A DNA stretch of 64,000 nucleotides from Basidiobolus meristosporus CBS 931.73 (GCA_002104905.1 MCFE01000161.1:1-64000); one strand, 5' to 3'. Shown: positions 13,219-27,199, counted from the stretch's first letter. The notes: generated from the letters alone by a model not told the origin. Numbers and translations: made by a program.

Positions 13219-13902
13219 ATGAGGAATTGTTGGCCTTTGACGTGGAGAGTGATTCTGTTAATTCAGGTCTGGTCAATAAGCATTACTTGCGCGGAATTCG
13301 ATAAACTCCAGCCATGGGGGCCAAATGAATATGGGTGCATGACTTTGAAGGGGCCCGCGGAGCACTCCAAAATCGAAGCAAACTCGATGATAACCCTCGA
13401 TTGGAGCGCGCTTAGCTGCGGTCATAGGATAGCCACTGGTTTACTGGCACCTTATGATCTTCGACTGTACAACAATCTGAGAGTACTTCCAGAGACAAGT
13501 AATAGTGAGAACTTAGTGGGCTATGACATGGCAGTTCTTATTTCTGACTCCATTGACAACAATACATCATCCTACACTTGGAAGGTGCCAAACATTGATG
13601 ATTCGAGCATCAATGAGAATCAATTCTTCTTACGAGTAGCGTCTCAGTATCTGTCACACCCAAAAAAACCAACTATATTCGCAGTGACTGGCCCTTTCTC
13701 TATATTGAAGCCTCAAAATATAGTCTTACCTGAGCTGCCTTCCAATCAAGCATACAGTCCATCCAAAATCGAGCCCCCCAAAAACTCTTCCAAACTAACC
13801 TCTGCCCAATTCAGAAGTCACAGCAACCCTGCCTTCGGTTTGGTTGACCCAAGCTTGACTATTGTCCTGGCTTTTGCAGTTTTATGGTCTTTTGATGTAT
13901 AG
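13219..13902 (+). CDS. Predicted GPI-anchored cell-surface protein (Kre9/Knh1-like N-terminal, Ser/Thr-rich GPI family)
   Basis: First ATG at 13219. Signal peptide MRNCWPLTWRVILLIQVWSISITCA; beta-domain motifs ITLDW, SYTWKVP, FFLRV, TGPFSI; Ser/Pro-rich linker; hydrophobic C-terminus SLTIVLAFAVLWSFDV. Confidence 0.75.
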   Translation: MRNCWPLTWRVILLIQVWSISITCAEFDKLQPWGPNEYGCMTLKGPAEHSKIEANSMITLDWSALSCGHRIATGLLAPYDLRLYNNLRVLPETSNSENLVGYDMAVLISDSIDNNTSSYTWKVPNIDDSSINENQFFLRVASQYLSHPKKPTIFAVTGPFSILKPQNIVLPELPSNQAYSPSKIEPPKNSSKLTSAQFRSHSNPAFGLVDPSLTIVLAFAVLWSFDV

Positions 13903-16134
13903 CATGCTGATAGAAGATTTCTCGTGGTTTTAGTTTGTTTCTTGTGGTATAATTAATAAGTAAATTATCAACCGATTTTGACAGGGGAATAAATACTACT
14001 TTGCTACGCACTATGATTGGAACTTGGAAAGCCACTTCTAAACCATATCGATATCTACGTTCAAACGAAAGCGGTAACGAGGAGCGTCTCGACGCACCTT
14101 ATAATCAGATCTCCTTCCTGCGCGTTAAATGTAAATTGATATTCTCGTACTCCTCAGAATAAAAGCACATATAGATGACTGCTGTTTGGTGAGCGATTAC
14201 GAATTTTTTGGATTGGTTCGACGCTGAATGTTCTCCACGGACATCCGTTTGGCCGAATTTCTCAAGGCTGAAGAAACTGAGTGTCTTTGGTCTGGTAGAA
14301 CCTGTTGAAATTCCAACCCTCAGCATCCTCTTGGAAAAGAAGACATAGCGATTTACTTAGCCAAGAAATGATAACATCACTGGGGAAAAACGGCAATATC
14401 TCTCCAACCAACACAATGAATCAGTGATTTGCCCACAAAAGATATTAAGCGAGCCTTCTAAGTACTCACTAGATTTTCTTGTGCCTCAAATTAAATGCCT
14501 TGTGCGCAAACCTGTTCTTGGCCCACCCTTTCAATTGAAAACGAAATATGAGCCTGCAGTAAGCTAAACTATCTTTCAAAAACCTATTGTACCTGACTAT
14601 ACCTTCAAATACGCAGGGCCAGCCATCAAAAGTACTTAGGTAGGATGTCAGCTCATTAATACAACAAAACAAATACCAGGCGCAAGTAAAATCATGCCTG
14701 TTGCTCGGTTGATAGGTTTTGTGGTAGCTCAGCGTCTCTTATTTTGACTAACTGGTCAACTGAATTAGTTTACTCGTAAGGTACTAGCCTGCTACAATTG
14801 CCTACCCTCTTTTTTAAATATGTGAGCAAGGTTAGTATTGGGGTGTACGGTGATCTCTAGAATGGAAATACCTTTAGAGATAGGTATTCATGTGGTCAAC
14901 CTCAACTCTATACTCTGGACCTGGAGACTGTAAAATAAGGTTGGTTTTACTCGGCTACAAATGAGGATAAATCATACGCGGTTTCTATCCTAGTCAAAAG
15001 CGTAGAATAATTGGGGGAGGCCCATAGGTACTTATGACAGGTATGGTTGTAAAGTGAGCACATCCATGAATGCTGACAGTATTTTATGCAAATCATCAGC
15101 TTGCCCAAGCATAATTAGCATTGCTTTAATCGAATCACCTTGAACCCGTTCTTACAAACTTGCTGATTTCTCAGGTAACCAACTCACACTATCGGAATTA
15201 ATATTCATGATTTTCGATATTACGGAGCGGGCTTTCTGTCCTTCCAGGACATCAGTGTATATTGATATAATATATGAACTTCAACCAACTAGCCAATGCT
15301 GTCACCACATACAGGTGATCACACGCCCGTGTGACGTAGATGTATTTCTGTCCAAACGAAAAGACTGATTTCCCAATGCTCATATAATTTGAGTGGAGTG
15401 AGATATCAAGATGAGATGAAGATATCCAAACCATTAGACTAGTCTCAACAATCTCCTGTCTACGCTCATCAAAGCCAGTATCACCTAGTCGACCTTTGGT
15501 ATGGACGCCACAGGTCCCTGTGTGAATCTGGCCAGTGGGAAATAGATTTACGAACCAAACCCACTTATTTCACAGCTCGCACTTAAACCTAAGTGGCACC
15601 AGTATTTCTACGGAAGAAGGTTCTAAAATAAACTCACGCTGTTGGGCCGTGACACCTCAACTTATTCCTTCATTAATCTGGAGTTGTGCTCTCCCTAGAG
15701 GTGGGCTTTCATATCCGTTGCTTGACGAGTCATGCGAACTTCATCTTGAGCTCCATCCTCGGGTAGCTACGTAATAGGCTATAATGTTGGATTGCTTAAG
15801 CTCGTTGAAATCACTATCCGTTGGCCAAATTAGGAATGCCCCCCAATCACTTCGTGATGCCAATTGGTCTCACTAAAATTCAGTTCGGGAAGTCTCAGTT
15901 CTCCCACGTAGCCAACCAAACTTCACTAGATCTCGGGCAGGAGATTATGACTGAATCAAAATAGGTGAAAACTGATCTTTATTGAAGATTATCGACTTGA
16001 GCTGAATCAGTATGGCATCACTCCCCACAGTCGTATAAAACTCTGGTATGCCGTTGATTCCTATTCAAGTACCATCTCTACCAAGTGGTTGTATCCCTTG
16101 ATTATATTAAGCTTTAATCTTTATTAATTCGACT

Positions 16135-16961
16135 ATGTCCGAAGTACCTGTTAACGCCCCCATCAAGACCTCGGTTGTCAACGATGTGTTTAACGCTTAT
16201 GGTGGTTACTTGAACCGTTTCCCTCTTCGTACCAAAGCTGTCACCTCGGGTGTGCTTCATGGTTTGCAGGAGCTTATTTCCATGAAGATTGCTGAGTCTA
16301 TTGCGAAGAAGGAAAACCCTCAAGCCTTTGTTGGTGCTGCCGGTGAGAAGAATAAATTTTTGGTAGCCAATTATTCCAAGATTTGGAAGATGGTCGTGTA
16401 TGGTAAGTACCAAGCAGAAGCATCACCCGGGCGTGACTGTCAGGTCGCAATACGGCTTGGTCCACTGTGTAGTAACTCCACACTCATTTAGGTCTTCTTC
16501 TCAACGGGCCCATCAATCATTATGGCTACGCTATCCTCGCCAAGTTCTTCGCTGGCAAGAAGGGGCGTCTCAACCTTATCCTTCAGTTGATCGTTGCCAA
16601 CATCACTATCACTCCCATCATCAATGCAGGTATGTTGCCATGCTCAACCTATAACATAATCATCAATCCTTGCTGAAACCCTTTCTATCGCTTAGTGTTC
16701 CTGGCTTCCATGGCTGTGATTGCCGGTATCACTGACCCCAAGCAAATCGCCAACAATGTCAAGCGCGGTTTCTGGGGAGTCATCAAGAAGAGTTGGATCA
16801 TCTCCCCCACCATCCAGTTGATTGCCAACAAGACCTTGCCCTTGAACATGTGGGTTCCATTCTTCAATGTCGTCTTCTTCATTTTCGGTACATATGTCAA
16901 CTCCACCACCAAGCTCCGTCTAATTCGTGAGAACAACAAGAAGACTGAAGAATCCGAGTAA
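16135..16961 (+). CDS. Mpv17/PMP22-family peroxisomal membrane protein
   Basis: Exons 16135-16402, 16492-16629 and 16696-16961 (672 nt, in frame). Motifs YLNRFPLRTKAVTSG, GPINHYGY, W..SP.IQ.IA...LP...WVPFFN.V.F..GTYVN. Confidence 0.92.
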
Positions 16962-17230
16962 TCGAGGTTGGAAAAGAAGAATTCTCTGGAAGTGAAATTC
17001 CTCTTGAATAACATGTTCATACACATTAGCCATTAAAAACTATTCACATTCATGAACCTCAGCATAATTCACTGCCTCCAATAAATTGAAAGTAGGACTA
17101 TTATCATCCTATGCCCGATCTGCTGCATTTTAAACGAAACTAGGCGTTAGATATTAGATATTTATTCGCTTGACCAACTGTTAGTTGTGCATATATACAG
17201 AGAACCTCGCATCCAGACAACCACTCGCCA

Positions 17231-18458
17231 TTAGGTTGCGTTGTCTCCAGCACTTTCGATAAATTCCAACAAAAGCTTATTATATCTTTCTTCCTGCTCG
17301 ACTGGAACAACATGTCCAGACCCACGGAATACTTCGACCCTTGCCTCCAGCTCCTTTGCCAGGTAATACGAGTTACTGGGGCGCACCAGCAGGTCAATAG
17401 TGCCTGTGACCACCAATATAGGAAACCCTTTATCCCTAATCTCACGAAGTCTTTTTGCGCTTACATAATGCCGGATGACTGCTGAGGATTGTCCCATAAT
17501 CCCTATGATTGTGGGTTCAGGGGCTGCCCTTGCTGTTTCCAGCATACCAACAAACGTTCTTTCACGGTTAGTTTTATAACCAGTTTTTTCGGGCGCAGCA
17601 CTATCAAGCCAGGCCTATAGATGATCAAGAGGTAAAAAGAACTTAGCATAGTGGCACGGGATCAGCATGTTTACCGCTACATACAGTTGGATACAACAGC
17701 TCAGTATTACAGCGTGCTCTAGACGCAATGCTAATACACAGCATTGATCTACCCAAGGCGATCAAACCGGCCAATGGAACCAAGGTCCTTCCAGCATGGG
17801 TTGAAGTCAATACTAGCGACCCGATCATTCCCGGAGGAGCTATCAAACTAAGCTCCAGAGAGATCATTCCCCCCATACTAATACCAACAATATGGGTGTT
17901 GGATGTCCAACCTAAGTGTTCAAGAAGATCAAGAGCATCTTTTGCCATTTCAGAGGTACTAAGTGAAAGTTAGAATAACATGAAGTGGGAACAAGGTTTG
18001 ATATTAACAAACAACTTACGTATAAGCCCCCAGTGGCGAATCTGAATTGACAATACAATGGTTAGTTGTTGTTCGACGTAGAGTTGTGTTGACAAGAAGA
18101 TACCGGATCGACCCACTCCACGATTATCAAAGAAGCATGCTTGATAGCCACGCTCAGCAAGGAAATTTGCCTTCAACATGAGCGTATGTAAGATTACAAC
18201 CGATCTGAAAGGTGCTAGATGTGTGACATACCTGAAGTCTCCAGGCGTATCCGCTAATTAAATACCCTAGCATGCAAAATAGTTAGAGGCATTCACGAGA
18301 CGAAGATAGAGTAAAGAACAACCCATGATCAGGAGCACTTTGACTTTTGCATCAGTAGGCCCTCGAAGTTCATAATAAAGACGAGCTGGTGATCCTCTCT
18401 TTTGGCCTACTGTGCAGTAGCCAGAACTAAACTCAGCATTGGTTTCCTCACGAGACAT
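17231..18458 (-). CDS. Alpha/beta hydrolase (Abhydrolase_1), 6 exons
   Basis: Spliced product reads LYYELRG..KVLLIMG|YLISGYAWRLQ|ANF..DNRGVGRS|DSPLGAYT|TSEMAKD..GISMGG (nucleophile elbow)..GTIDLLV..GSGHVVP (catalytic Asp/His). All junctions are GT-AG. Confidence 0.92.
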
Positions 18459-21015
18459 TGCTTGGATATTTTGAAAATAGCCATGGTGGGCATCAAACGC
18501 CCCTTTAAATACACTTCATCGATTCTCCAATCCTTTTTGGGTGGGCAACCAATAAGTGGAACCTGGATAGCTGCTTACGATAACTAATTCCGTTTCATAT
18601 GGTAGTCCAATATTTCATGCTATAAACAGTGATACACTCACATGATTTTAACTATATTAATATTGTTATTCGTACACATGACTTTCTGCTCCAGCATGTC
18701 TTGTTGAAAACTGATCAATCTTCATTGGTACATTTCGGGAGGAAGCTCGTAAATGAGATTTAAATTTATGAAGATGAAACAGCCGGCAATGGCCCTCGCT
18801 CTTCAGTCGAAACAAAGTAACAGGCACTATTGCCAAACCATTAGTCATCCCATATGTATTCATCTCCTTCGACTTCCAGCTTGTATCTTGTCTGCCCTCC
18901 GGTTTGGTGTAAAGAGCCACCGCTTGTTGGTACGTGTCCCGCTACCTTTGTCGACAAACACCTGACCATTTGTATTCGAGTTTTACTCGATATGACATAT
19001 ATGTGACATGGTGAAATTGCATGGTTGAGATGCTATGAAGAGATGTCTCATCCCTTACTGAAGCGACATCCGACGAGCCGAAAGGTCAATGAATAACATT
19101 AAATCAAAAAAATGAATTCCCTTTTTCTAGCGATTCCAATAGTTTCCCCTGGGATCCTGGTGCAGACGACACCTCGGCATCAGGCAACTCTGGGAGTGCT
19201 CGCATGATTTTCACACTAGTAGCACAAGAATATCTGGTCAGATGGCATCAACTGAGGGAGCATGCCGACTTTATCTTTCTCAGTCTTAAACATTCCAGCA
19301 CGATGTGGAACTGGGTATGAAATACTTCAGTAATAAAGTTCGCAATATTCCTGCTCCAATCAACCCATATCGCAATCAAAACTCTACCGTTTTTGTGACA
19401 TGGAACCAATGTTTATCGGAATTTCTGGGCAATCTGCTCCAGGTGCAAACGAGATTCGAATCGCCAAAACTCTGCCCTCAACTTTCAAAAGATAATCCTG
19501 AATCACGGTGATAGTTTGTTGGCGATTGGTATCAATACATTCATCTAGGGTTAAACAAAATGCAGGGATCCCAGAAAAGTAGCAATATGTAGACAATATA
19601 TAATCATTTATAAGTGAAATCAGTTTACATACGGTACCTTCAAGTCTATGCAATACACTCCATGTGAAAGATCAGCCATTACACAGCAGTAATACGAATG
19701 GTGTCGGGTCAACTTGGCGAATAAAGAAATGAGAAGAAAAACCATCGATTCGATTATCATACAGATCGTTATTCGTGGAAAGGTTTGAGCGATCTCTCAA
19801 GCTTTGAGAAGTGAAAGATTAACCAGATGTCATAAGGGATCCATTGGATTGACTAGTCATCCTTTTTTCATAGGCTGTATCCGAAACATGCAGTATACGG
19901 GACGGGTGATTGCTTGTTGATAGACTCCGCCAAATTCACGAGTATTGCGATTCGCTGAGAATTTACTGCCGCTTTCACTGGATTGGCTAATGCTGTTCAG
20001 GAGCGGTCGGATGGGTTGCAAGGGGTAGGTTAGTTGGTTATGGCTTACGAACTAATCATCCTAGTTAGTTGATGGATTAAATCTCAGATAATAAACAGCT
20101 GTGAGGCCATGTAGTAGATGAACTTTATGTTAGATGACTACACAATAGGCCTGTTGGTAGCAATTGGCTCAACTCGAAACGTGATACCAACTGAGGTCGT
20201 TTAAGCGAATTGGCTTCTCCTGGTTACACTTGTGACGTTACATAGCAAGGGCTACTAAGTTACGCGTTGGATACAGGTGCCGAAACACACTAAATCCTCA
20301 AGTTAAATTGGGACTAGTATTATTTACCACCACATGTATTTCACATTGAGTGGTGGATTATTCCTGGCCCAAGTAAGCTGAAAGACCTTCATTTATTGCT
20401 TGGGGCCTTTCGCTTGAAGAGTAGTGAAAGAAATTTTCTCCGATATCCTCAGATTCCTTGTGTCTAGATACTCGTTACACGAGAAATATGATTTGGCGTT
20501 CTAGGGTTATTGAATATGGAAAATCATTCAATTTGTCAATTTATACACAACTGGACCACCACGGCAGATTGCCATAAGTTCGTTTGCTCGCCGTTCATTT
20601 TAATCTCATTCCTGACTTCGCTACTCTATAATGGTACGCATCTCGGGGATAGGATTCATGCCTTCATGGTGGCTGTGTACCTGATTTACTTCCATATGAT
20701 AAATGTTTTGTTACCTTCGAAGTGAAGACTCCCAAGTTCCAGGCCGAGTGGTGGATTTAATCCAGGCTTAGTATGGTAGACTCAAATGGATTTTGCTGTG
20801 GAATTTTACTTGCGTTCCCAGGTCTTGAAGATGGTAACTCGTAGCGCCTTAATTCGACGATTTAGACACTGGAGATGCTTTAGAGAATGTATGAGAGTAT
20901 TAGTATACGCAAATAGAATAGCCACGCCTATATTTAAATTGATCACGGCAATCTGGTTAGGCTATTGGCAATGTAGTGAATGATTGGCAAAATGAATTCA
21001 TTTGGAAGTCATACT

Positions 21016-21031
21016 TATATATATATATATA
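21016..21031. repeat. (TA)8 microsatellite
   Basis: tatatatatatatata read directly from the sequence. Confidence 0.9.
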
Positions 21032-21554
21032 AAGATTAGCGTTCCAAGGCTTTTGATTCAACTTCTACCAATAACTCTCTTCAACCTTGCTTCCACCTCG
21101 GTAATTGTACAGGCGTTCAACTGATTGCTCATTCTCAGTTGAATTACCCATATAGCTACGCAACGAAATAGTTATCAGTTGTTCCTATACCACGAAAGAA
21201 CGGCGCTTTCTTTGATAGCTCAAAACCAGTCGGTATTAGAAGGCATTACTTATCACAAAAGGTAAAGTAGGAAGTGCTCAGACTGTGAGTTGAGCCAGCT
21301 CATGCACTTGGGGTACCAAATAACTAGGGACCTTATCTAGCAACTGCAACAAACCTTCTCGCCACAAACACACCCTATTAACGGTAGGTCGGCTTTCAAA
21401 ATCAATAGCCTGGGCTCACTTATGTCTAACTCACTTTTCGTTCACAACGCTACTCCAGGGAACTAGTGTTGGTTATTTTTGGAGTTCGCAGGAAGCAAAA
21501 ATATACTACATATTTTCTAGCCCCAGACTCACTCAACACATACAGGCTGCCACA

Positions 21555-22431
21555 ATGATAGATATTCAGGAGCAAAAAGAGTCTTTGGGTACGAGTACCA
21601 GAATTTCTATGCATAGTCGATCCACCAACACCCGCTTCCGAAAGCGTTCCTCCAGGACGAGCAAGCACGCATCCTATGACGGATCCAGAGAGGAGCTATT
21701 CAATGATGAAAGTGCTTCGGAGACAGAAATTTCCTCCAGCAGCATGGAGACTAACAATCGCAAACGTAGCCTTCCTGAAAAATCGGGGCAGTCATCTGAT
21801 AAAGCTCGTTCAAGTGCGAAAATTTCCCGACAAGATAGGGAAAGGGTCGTTGGTGTGGAGCAATCCAACCAAGATAAGTACCCATCGAAGTCACTCTCAG
21901 CTGGTTCGTCGCATTCCCTCAGGAATGCCACTCGAGCTCAAAAGAGAAAAAGGGGGAACGCTGACCTAGAAATCCCTTCGGATGCAGAAATAGGGGGTTC
22001 CAGGCAAAGCCCAACAAGCACTGAGCCATATGAACCAAAAGCCAATACCAAAGTCCCATCTGACCAGCGGTGTTCCGCCTCTAGAAGAGAAAAAAATGCC
22101 TCTGAAAAGTGTAAGCACAAGGGATCTGCACCAGGTAAATGCTCAGGATACATGCTTTGCGAGAGGCGCAACACATACTTACAGCATCTTAGGGTCCACA
22201 ACTTACCTTCCCAAAGAAGAGAGATGCATCACGATCCAACGATTGGATACCCTGCGAGATGAGTATCAGACACTTTCCGCACAGGTGGAAATGTGGTATA
22301 GTGAGATAAGGCGTTGCACCGAACCCAAAAAGGTGGTGCGACCAGTACAAGAGAAAGAGATCATTCCACTTGTTGTCCAACGCCCTCAGCGCACTAGAAG
22401 GAAGCCCAACCGAATCTTATACGACGTATAA
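21555..22431 (+). CDS. Hypothetical low-complexity Ser/Arg/Lys-rich protein, probably nuclear, with a C-terminal helical segment
   Basis: ORF 21555.. joins the frame of ORF ..22431 through an intron ending at AG 22191-22192. The donor is either 22111 (gtaagc) or 22135 (gtaaat); both keep the frame. Basic clusters QKRKR and RTRRKP. Confidence 0.55.
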
Positions 22432-24095
22432 AGTAATTACAAGCTTCCCATCCACAAGGCAGTGGTGAAATGTATATATGTAATTGGTGCCCTGAAATCA
22501 ATTTGGCAGGACTTGTCAGTTTTTCTGCTCCTCTTCATATCAATTGTTGCTTTCATACAAGCAAGTATCAACACACGTTGGTATCTCAGGGCTCGCCTGG
22601 TCCGTAATTCTTTGGGTAATAGAGCGACTAGATTTGTTCGCAAGTTCAAACTCCACCCAACCCAACACGGCCTAGCCCTATAATTGATTTTTCGTTTTCT
22701 CCCCAATCAGTCGTCAATCATAGATAAATGTATACTAATTGTACGAAAGGGTATGATTCAAGCAATTACTCGATTTGTCGATATGAACAACAGGATATCA
22801 AAGCAATGCTGGTCAGTGCCCAACCGGACTAGACATCAAGTAGATATACTTATCATCGTGCTTACAGACCCGCCCCTGTCGCCTGAGTGGGCATGATGAC
22901 GCAAATCGATGCACCAACCCTCCTCTTCTTCAGACCCTGTGGATCACTTCTAGAATGTATCGATATGGGCAGCGTACATACTAGAACTAGCGACACATGC
23001 TGGAATTTCTGTGTATTTGCCATATGGTGGGCTTAGCGCCTTCATCCAGTGGTGACGATCAGTAATGTAGAACTGAGCCGAGGATTGGATCGGTACGAAT
23101 TGGGTACGAATTGGGATGGGCCCTATTGGCTGCGGCCAGTTCTGCAGGGTGTCGAGAATGGCAATGCCAAGTCCAAATCTAATTTGTTCTCTCCGATTAC
23201 AGCAATTCGGGTCGATTCCATAGCATCGCGATTGATCTTCCATTACTAGCTAACCTTCGCACCGCTTCTATGGTGCAGAAGCTACTTGGTAGCTATCTTG
23301 GGCCTCTGTACCATCTTTAATCCAACGGCAAAGAAATCCTCCGGCTGCTCATTCACGAGACGAGTTGAAGGCCAACTTGAGGGCGAACTCATGCATGGCG
23401 CCAACCCCTTACTAGGTCGTATCCAATGAACAATGTGACACACTTCGTATTCCTCAGAACCAGGATGCCCCTCAATTCACTGATAGGACTGGTGTATGCC
23501 ATCAATAGTCTCATTGCTGCCCCGATTGATTCGTTGGCCCATCCTCACAGGTTATTGTAAGGATTTCATAATCCCTCAATTGGTTTGCATTACAGATGTT
23601 TTAAATCTCTAGGTTGCTTTCTTGCCAGTAACCAATCTATTAGGGTTATGTGCGTTTCGACCATAACGAAAGTTTTTCGTGAGGATATGCATGCACTTTA
23701 CCTGGTGCGACGATGCACAATTGGGGCGGCAACAAGCGATGCTTTTAAGACTGGTCTTTCTGGTTACTCATGATCTTGTGTTACAACAATCTGATTTGAT
23801 CAGGCGTCAGTGTAACCTTCGGATGATCTGCTTGACACCCCATCTTAGACCCACCTGATTCGAGCAATAGGGTGTTCTCCAGGCTAATTTATTATAATGT
23901 ATTGTATTGATGTTGGTAGTAGACCTTTAAGGTTAGCTAGGATTAAAGTGCAATATAGTGGGTATCCCGGTGGTCCTTGTGGGGGAGGGGAAATGGAATG
24001 CATAAGATACAGAAGGGTCACATGCCAACCAGCGGTTTATGTACGAAGTGAAAGGTTGGCTCAGAGGGTGCGTTGGCCAACAGTTGCCTGGGGAA

Positions 24096-25570
24096 TTAAA
24101 GACGCTTGTTTTTGATGATCACAGGCGCGAAGACGAGAAGCAATGCACCAAAAGTGAGCATCGTTCGGAAGAAGCCGAAGTGCTTCATTAAGTAACCACC
24201 AGCAATGGGTCCAAACAACATACCCAAGCTATACGCCATGTTAAAGATGGCGTACACTTGAGCAAATGCACCACCACCGAGCTTCGTTACATGATGACCC
24301 ATTTCAGGCAAAATAGGTGTCATGGCCGTAGCTCCAGCAGCACCGCATAAGACGAGAGAAAGCGATTCTAACCAGAAGCTTCTGGGCAGCGCGATGAGCG
24401 GAGTCACTAATGCGAATGCCAACACCCCAAGTCCAGAGATGTTCATGCCACCAAAGCGACTGCTAAGATAGCCTGCGATCGGAGACATGAACACGTTAGG
24501 GATTACTAGCGCCATATAAATCACACCAATGGTACTGGCATCATAATGGAACTCTTCTTCCAAGAAGACCCCAAGGGTAGGCTCGATACTAGAGTAGTTG
24601 CTAGCGATCAAAAAAGTGGCTAGAGAGCATAGAATGATGGGCCACTCTCGAATCATGGTCCAAATGGATGGTTTCACTCGAACAACTGGCTGGGATTCCA
24701 CATCATCTGTGTCACTGACAAGCTCGTCCTCGCTCTCCTTCGGGGTGGCGGGGATTACCAATAATTGTGCCAGAAGGTCGATGAAGGCCAAAGCGGCGCA
24801 AAATACAAACGGAGCCGCGAATCCCCAGTACTGGAATAAAATGCCACCAATGGCAGGTCCAACCAAAAAGCCAACCCCATTCCAGCTGAGGGCAACACCC
24901 ATAGCAACCCCGAGTTGGTCAGGTGGGTAAGCATCAGCGATCATGGTAAGCCCAATGGTCCATGAGGCTCCTCCAGCGGCACCCTGAGCCATACGGGCAA
25001 GCATTAATTGCCAGAAGTTTTCAGCTACGATGAAAAATATCGTGGAAACCCCCAGGCCGAGCAACCCGATAATCATGGGGATTTTTCTAGTCTTGTATCT
25101 ATCACTCAAGATAGCAAACACCGGCGTGGAGCCCAAAAGACCAAATGCTAACAAAACTCAGGTGTCAGCGAGCGGGTAAGAAGGGGGTTTGCTCCTGCAC
25201 ATACCATAGGTCCCAAAAAGAAGCCCGACCAAAGCTGGATCCGCGTTAAGTCTCTCTTTTGCAATTAAAGGCAGAATGGGAACCTGGTACGAAGCAGCGA
25301 ATCAGTCAGGTTTGGGGCAAAAGCAAGTTGGTGAATTCAAGAAACATACCACAATCCCATACACTACCATATCCCTGATAGAAATAGACTCTGGTTAAAA
25401 CAAGCTGAAATCAAGGCTCAAATGCTTGAAGTAACATACGCAAACAACGCCAAAGAAACCACAAACGAAATGGCGGTTTTTGAGGAGCGGAACTGGTAGA
25501 ATCTCTCATTCCAAGTAGATTTGGGCTCGGTCTCTACCGCCAAAAGAGGTGTATCCTCGTGTGCTGCCAT
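24096..25570 (-). CDS. MFS transporter, SLC18/vesicular amine-acetylcholine transporter-like (DHA1), 4 exons
   Basis: ATG at 25570. Spliced N-terminus ..SLALFA|DMVVYGIV|VPILP..LLFGTY|AFGL, with a 25-nt exon at 25350-25374. MFS motif A-like ILSDRYKTRK, ARMAQG, and AQVYAIFNMAYSLGMLFGP. Confidence 0.92.
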
Positions 25571-27199
25571 GATACACGTCCTAGTATAAGGATGAAGAAC
25601 AGATGAACTCGTCTGGCTGCTTATAGGGAATTATCGGCAGTGGCGATTGAAAAAAATCTGGATCCAATTTTGTATTGTATTCATTGAGCACTTTGTTCAT
25701 ATCTTCGAAAGGAACCAGAAATTATTAATGATTCCCAATCATATGACCCAATGTATCCTGCAATTTGAGCTAAATATTTACTTCACTATGACCCGAAATG
25801 TCCAGACAGATAGATTAGTCAGTTCCTAAATTGGTATTCTTATCCACTAGCGACCAGTAGGATGTTACACAATGATGGGGACGGCTGTTATAGAATGTGC
25901 TGAACCAAACACATTCTTAGCGGGTTCCCTTTTTGTTCAGGATAGTTTGAGACAGACAACGGAGTGGTTCCATCAGCCTCGCAGGATCAGGTGAGAATTG
26001 ATATGCTACCCTGGGATTGGAGTATGATAGGTGGCTTGATCGAGCCATAATATTTCTTGTGGCCCATCAATTGCCTATGAAATCAGCATGGAATCGATTG
26101 TAATTCTTGCGCGACGGTTCCACAGAACAAATACATTTTGGTCTTGGGTTGGTTGCTCAGCGTTGCACTGGCAGCTTAGCCGATTCTCCATGGTTTAGCG
26201 GTTGATTATTTAATCGGACAAACGGGAGACATGCCTAGTGGCCTGGGAGGCCAACGATCCAGCAGTGGTAACTCAGCAATGTGCTACTGGGCTAGGGCAG
26301 CCTTCAGATCTAGCGGATACGGATATTTCTTATAATCTTGACCAGTTATATTACTAGCCTTATGTAGCTGACCGATTGCTAAAAGGAATCCATACCCTCC
26401 AGGTTTGCCTCCATTCATGTCGTATATCAGAAATAGTATCCCGCTACGGAGTCAAGAGGGTGGTTTGCGGTGTGGCACAGGGTCTGCTACATAAGGCATC
26501 AACACGTGTGCAGATCAGTGTGCTGATTCATACAATCGTATACACTGAATCAGTCATCTCCACTGGCTCGACGTCAACGCATTATCCAATGACAATGAAA
26601 GCCAGGGGGTTCAGGCAATTCAGTTTGTAGTCTCCCTCAAAGACGCATGTGAGCAGAATGGCGATGAATGCCCTTGGTGAATCATTTGATTCATCCCACC
26701 TGGCAATTTCTCAATCAGTTAGTTTGACAACCTACTTACGCAACTAGTAAATAATGCTCCCTCGCTGCGTTCATTCGATGCTTGTTAGGAGTATCAATGC
26801 AACAGATAATGGACTTGCCCCTATCTGCCTGTAAGCCGTGCTTTCGTATTTGTCATGTTCTAGTTGAAGATAATTGTTCTATACTAGACCGCCAAGCAAG
26901 GTTGCTAAGGAGCTATTACTGATATATCGATTGCACTATTCAACACCTTTATTTGTAAGTAACTCGTGCTTTCTTATGAAATATCCATGGCAATCGATTC
27001 ATGATTTCTTGGCTGCCGTTTACATTGATACTTTGGACCAAAAAGTATTATAATATTTAACTTACACCTAAGCCATCCATATGTCTTAAGGCTCAATTTA
27101 GCTTATTGCTAAACTGTTGATCTTTTGCTTGTGAGACATTAGCTAAGTTATGGAGTATTTACTCAAGATTTAGTTTGTGAGATATTGGCTAATTCTTAG

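Noticed and set aside
18666-19653. Protein-like minus-strand fragments (possible pseudogene)
   Set aside because: Multiple stops and no recognisable family, so no product can be supported.
23049-23249. NWDGPY resembling the Ty3/gypsy integrase GPY/F motif
   Set aside because: Isolated motif without integrase core, LTRs or RT nearby.
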